Shown here piece after piece: positions 64,000 to 64,000 of a stretch of DNA of 64,000 bases. The notes beneath the pieces were generated by a model. The model was not told the origin of the DNA, searched no databases, and worked only from the letters and a program-made list of their open reading frames with translations. Each line of letters starts with the position of its first letter. Within the stretch, counting starts at the first letter, position 1. Origin of the DNA: Mustelus asterias (Eukaryota); the NCBI RefSeq assembly GCF_964213995.1, contig NC_135812.1, forward strand, positions 16,120,001 through 16,184,000, in the 5' to 3' direction. The position numbers were made by a program, and so were the translations under genes.

Positions 64000-64000
64000 G

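Overview
Eukaryotic vertebrate DNA, almost certainly a shark (inferred from dense HE1/V-type SINEs, HER1/CR1 LINE fragments and DeuSINE relics). The window lies inside a TRAF4 gene on the + strand. Only two small coding exons are present: 43879-43930 (EGVFKCPEDQLPLDYAK) and 63895-63999 (IYPDPELEGQILALPIRCIHSEEGCRWTGQIKQLQ). Exon 1 was not seen, so it is presumably upstream; intron 2 is 19,964 bp. The rest is intron filled with often nested elements: about 40 HE1-like SINEs with two different 3' tails, a second tRNA-derived SINE family, CR1 and Rex1/Babar LINE ends, Penelope-like fragments carrying minimal hammerhead ribozymes, solo LTRs, MITEs and minisatellites. Nearly all ORFs in the track are repeat artefacts. 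Best leads: (1) a TSD-flanked fold-back Penelope insertion with an intact-looking hammerhead on the TRAF4 sense strand; (2) a candidate alternative first exon that would give a RING-less TRAF4; (3) an HE1-like SINE that seems to use a Rex1-type tail; (4) repeated template-jump and templated-repair footprints. Repeat boundaries were read by eye and are approximate unless a TSD is quoted. Family names are from recall, not database searches.
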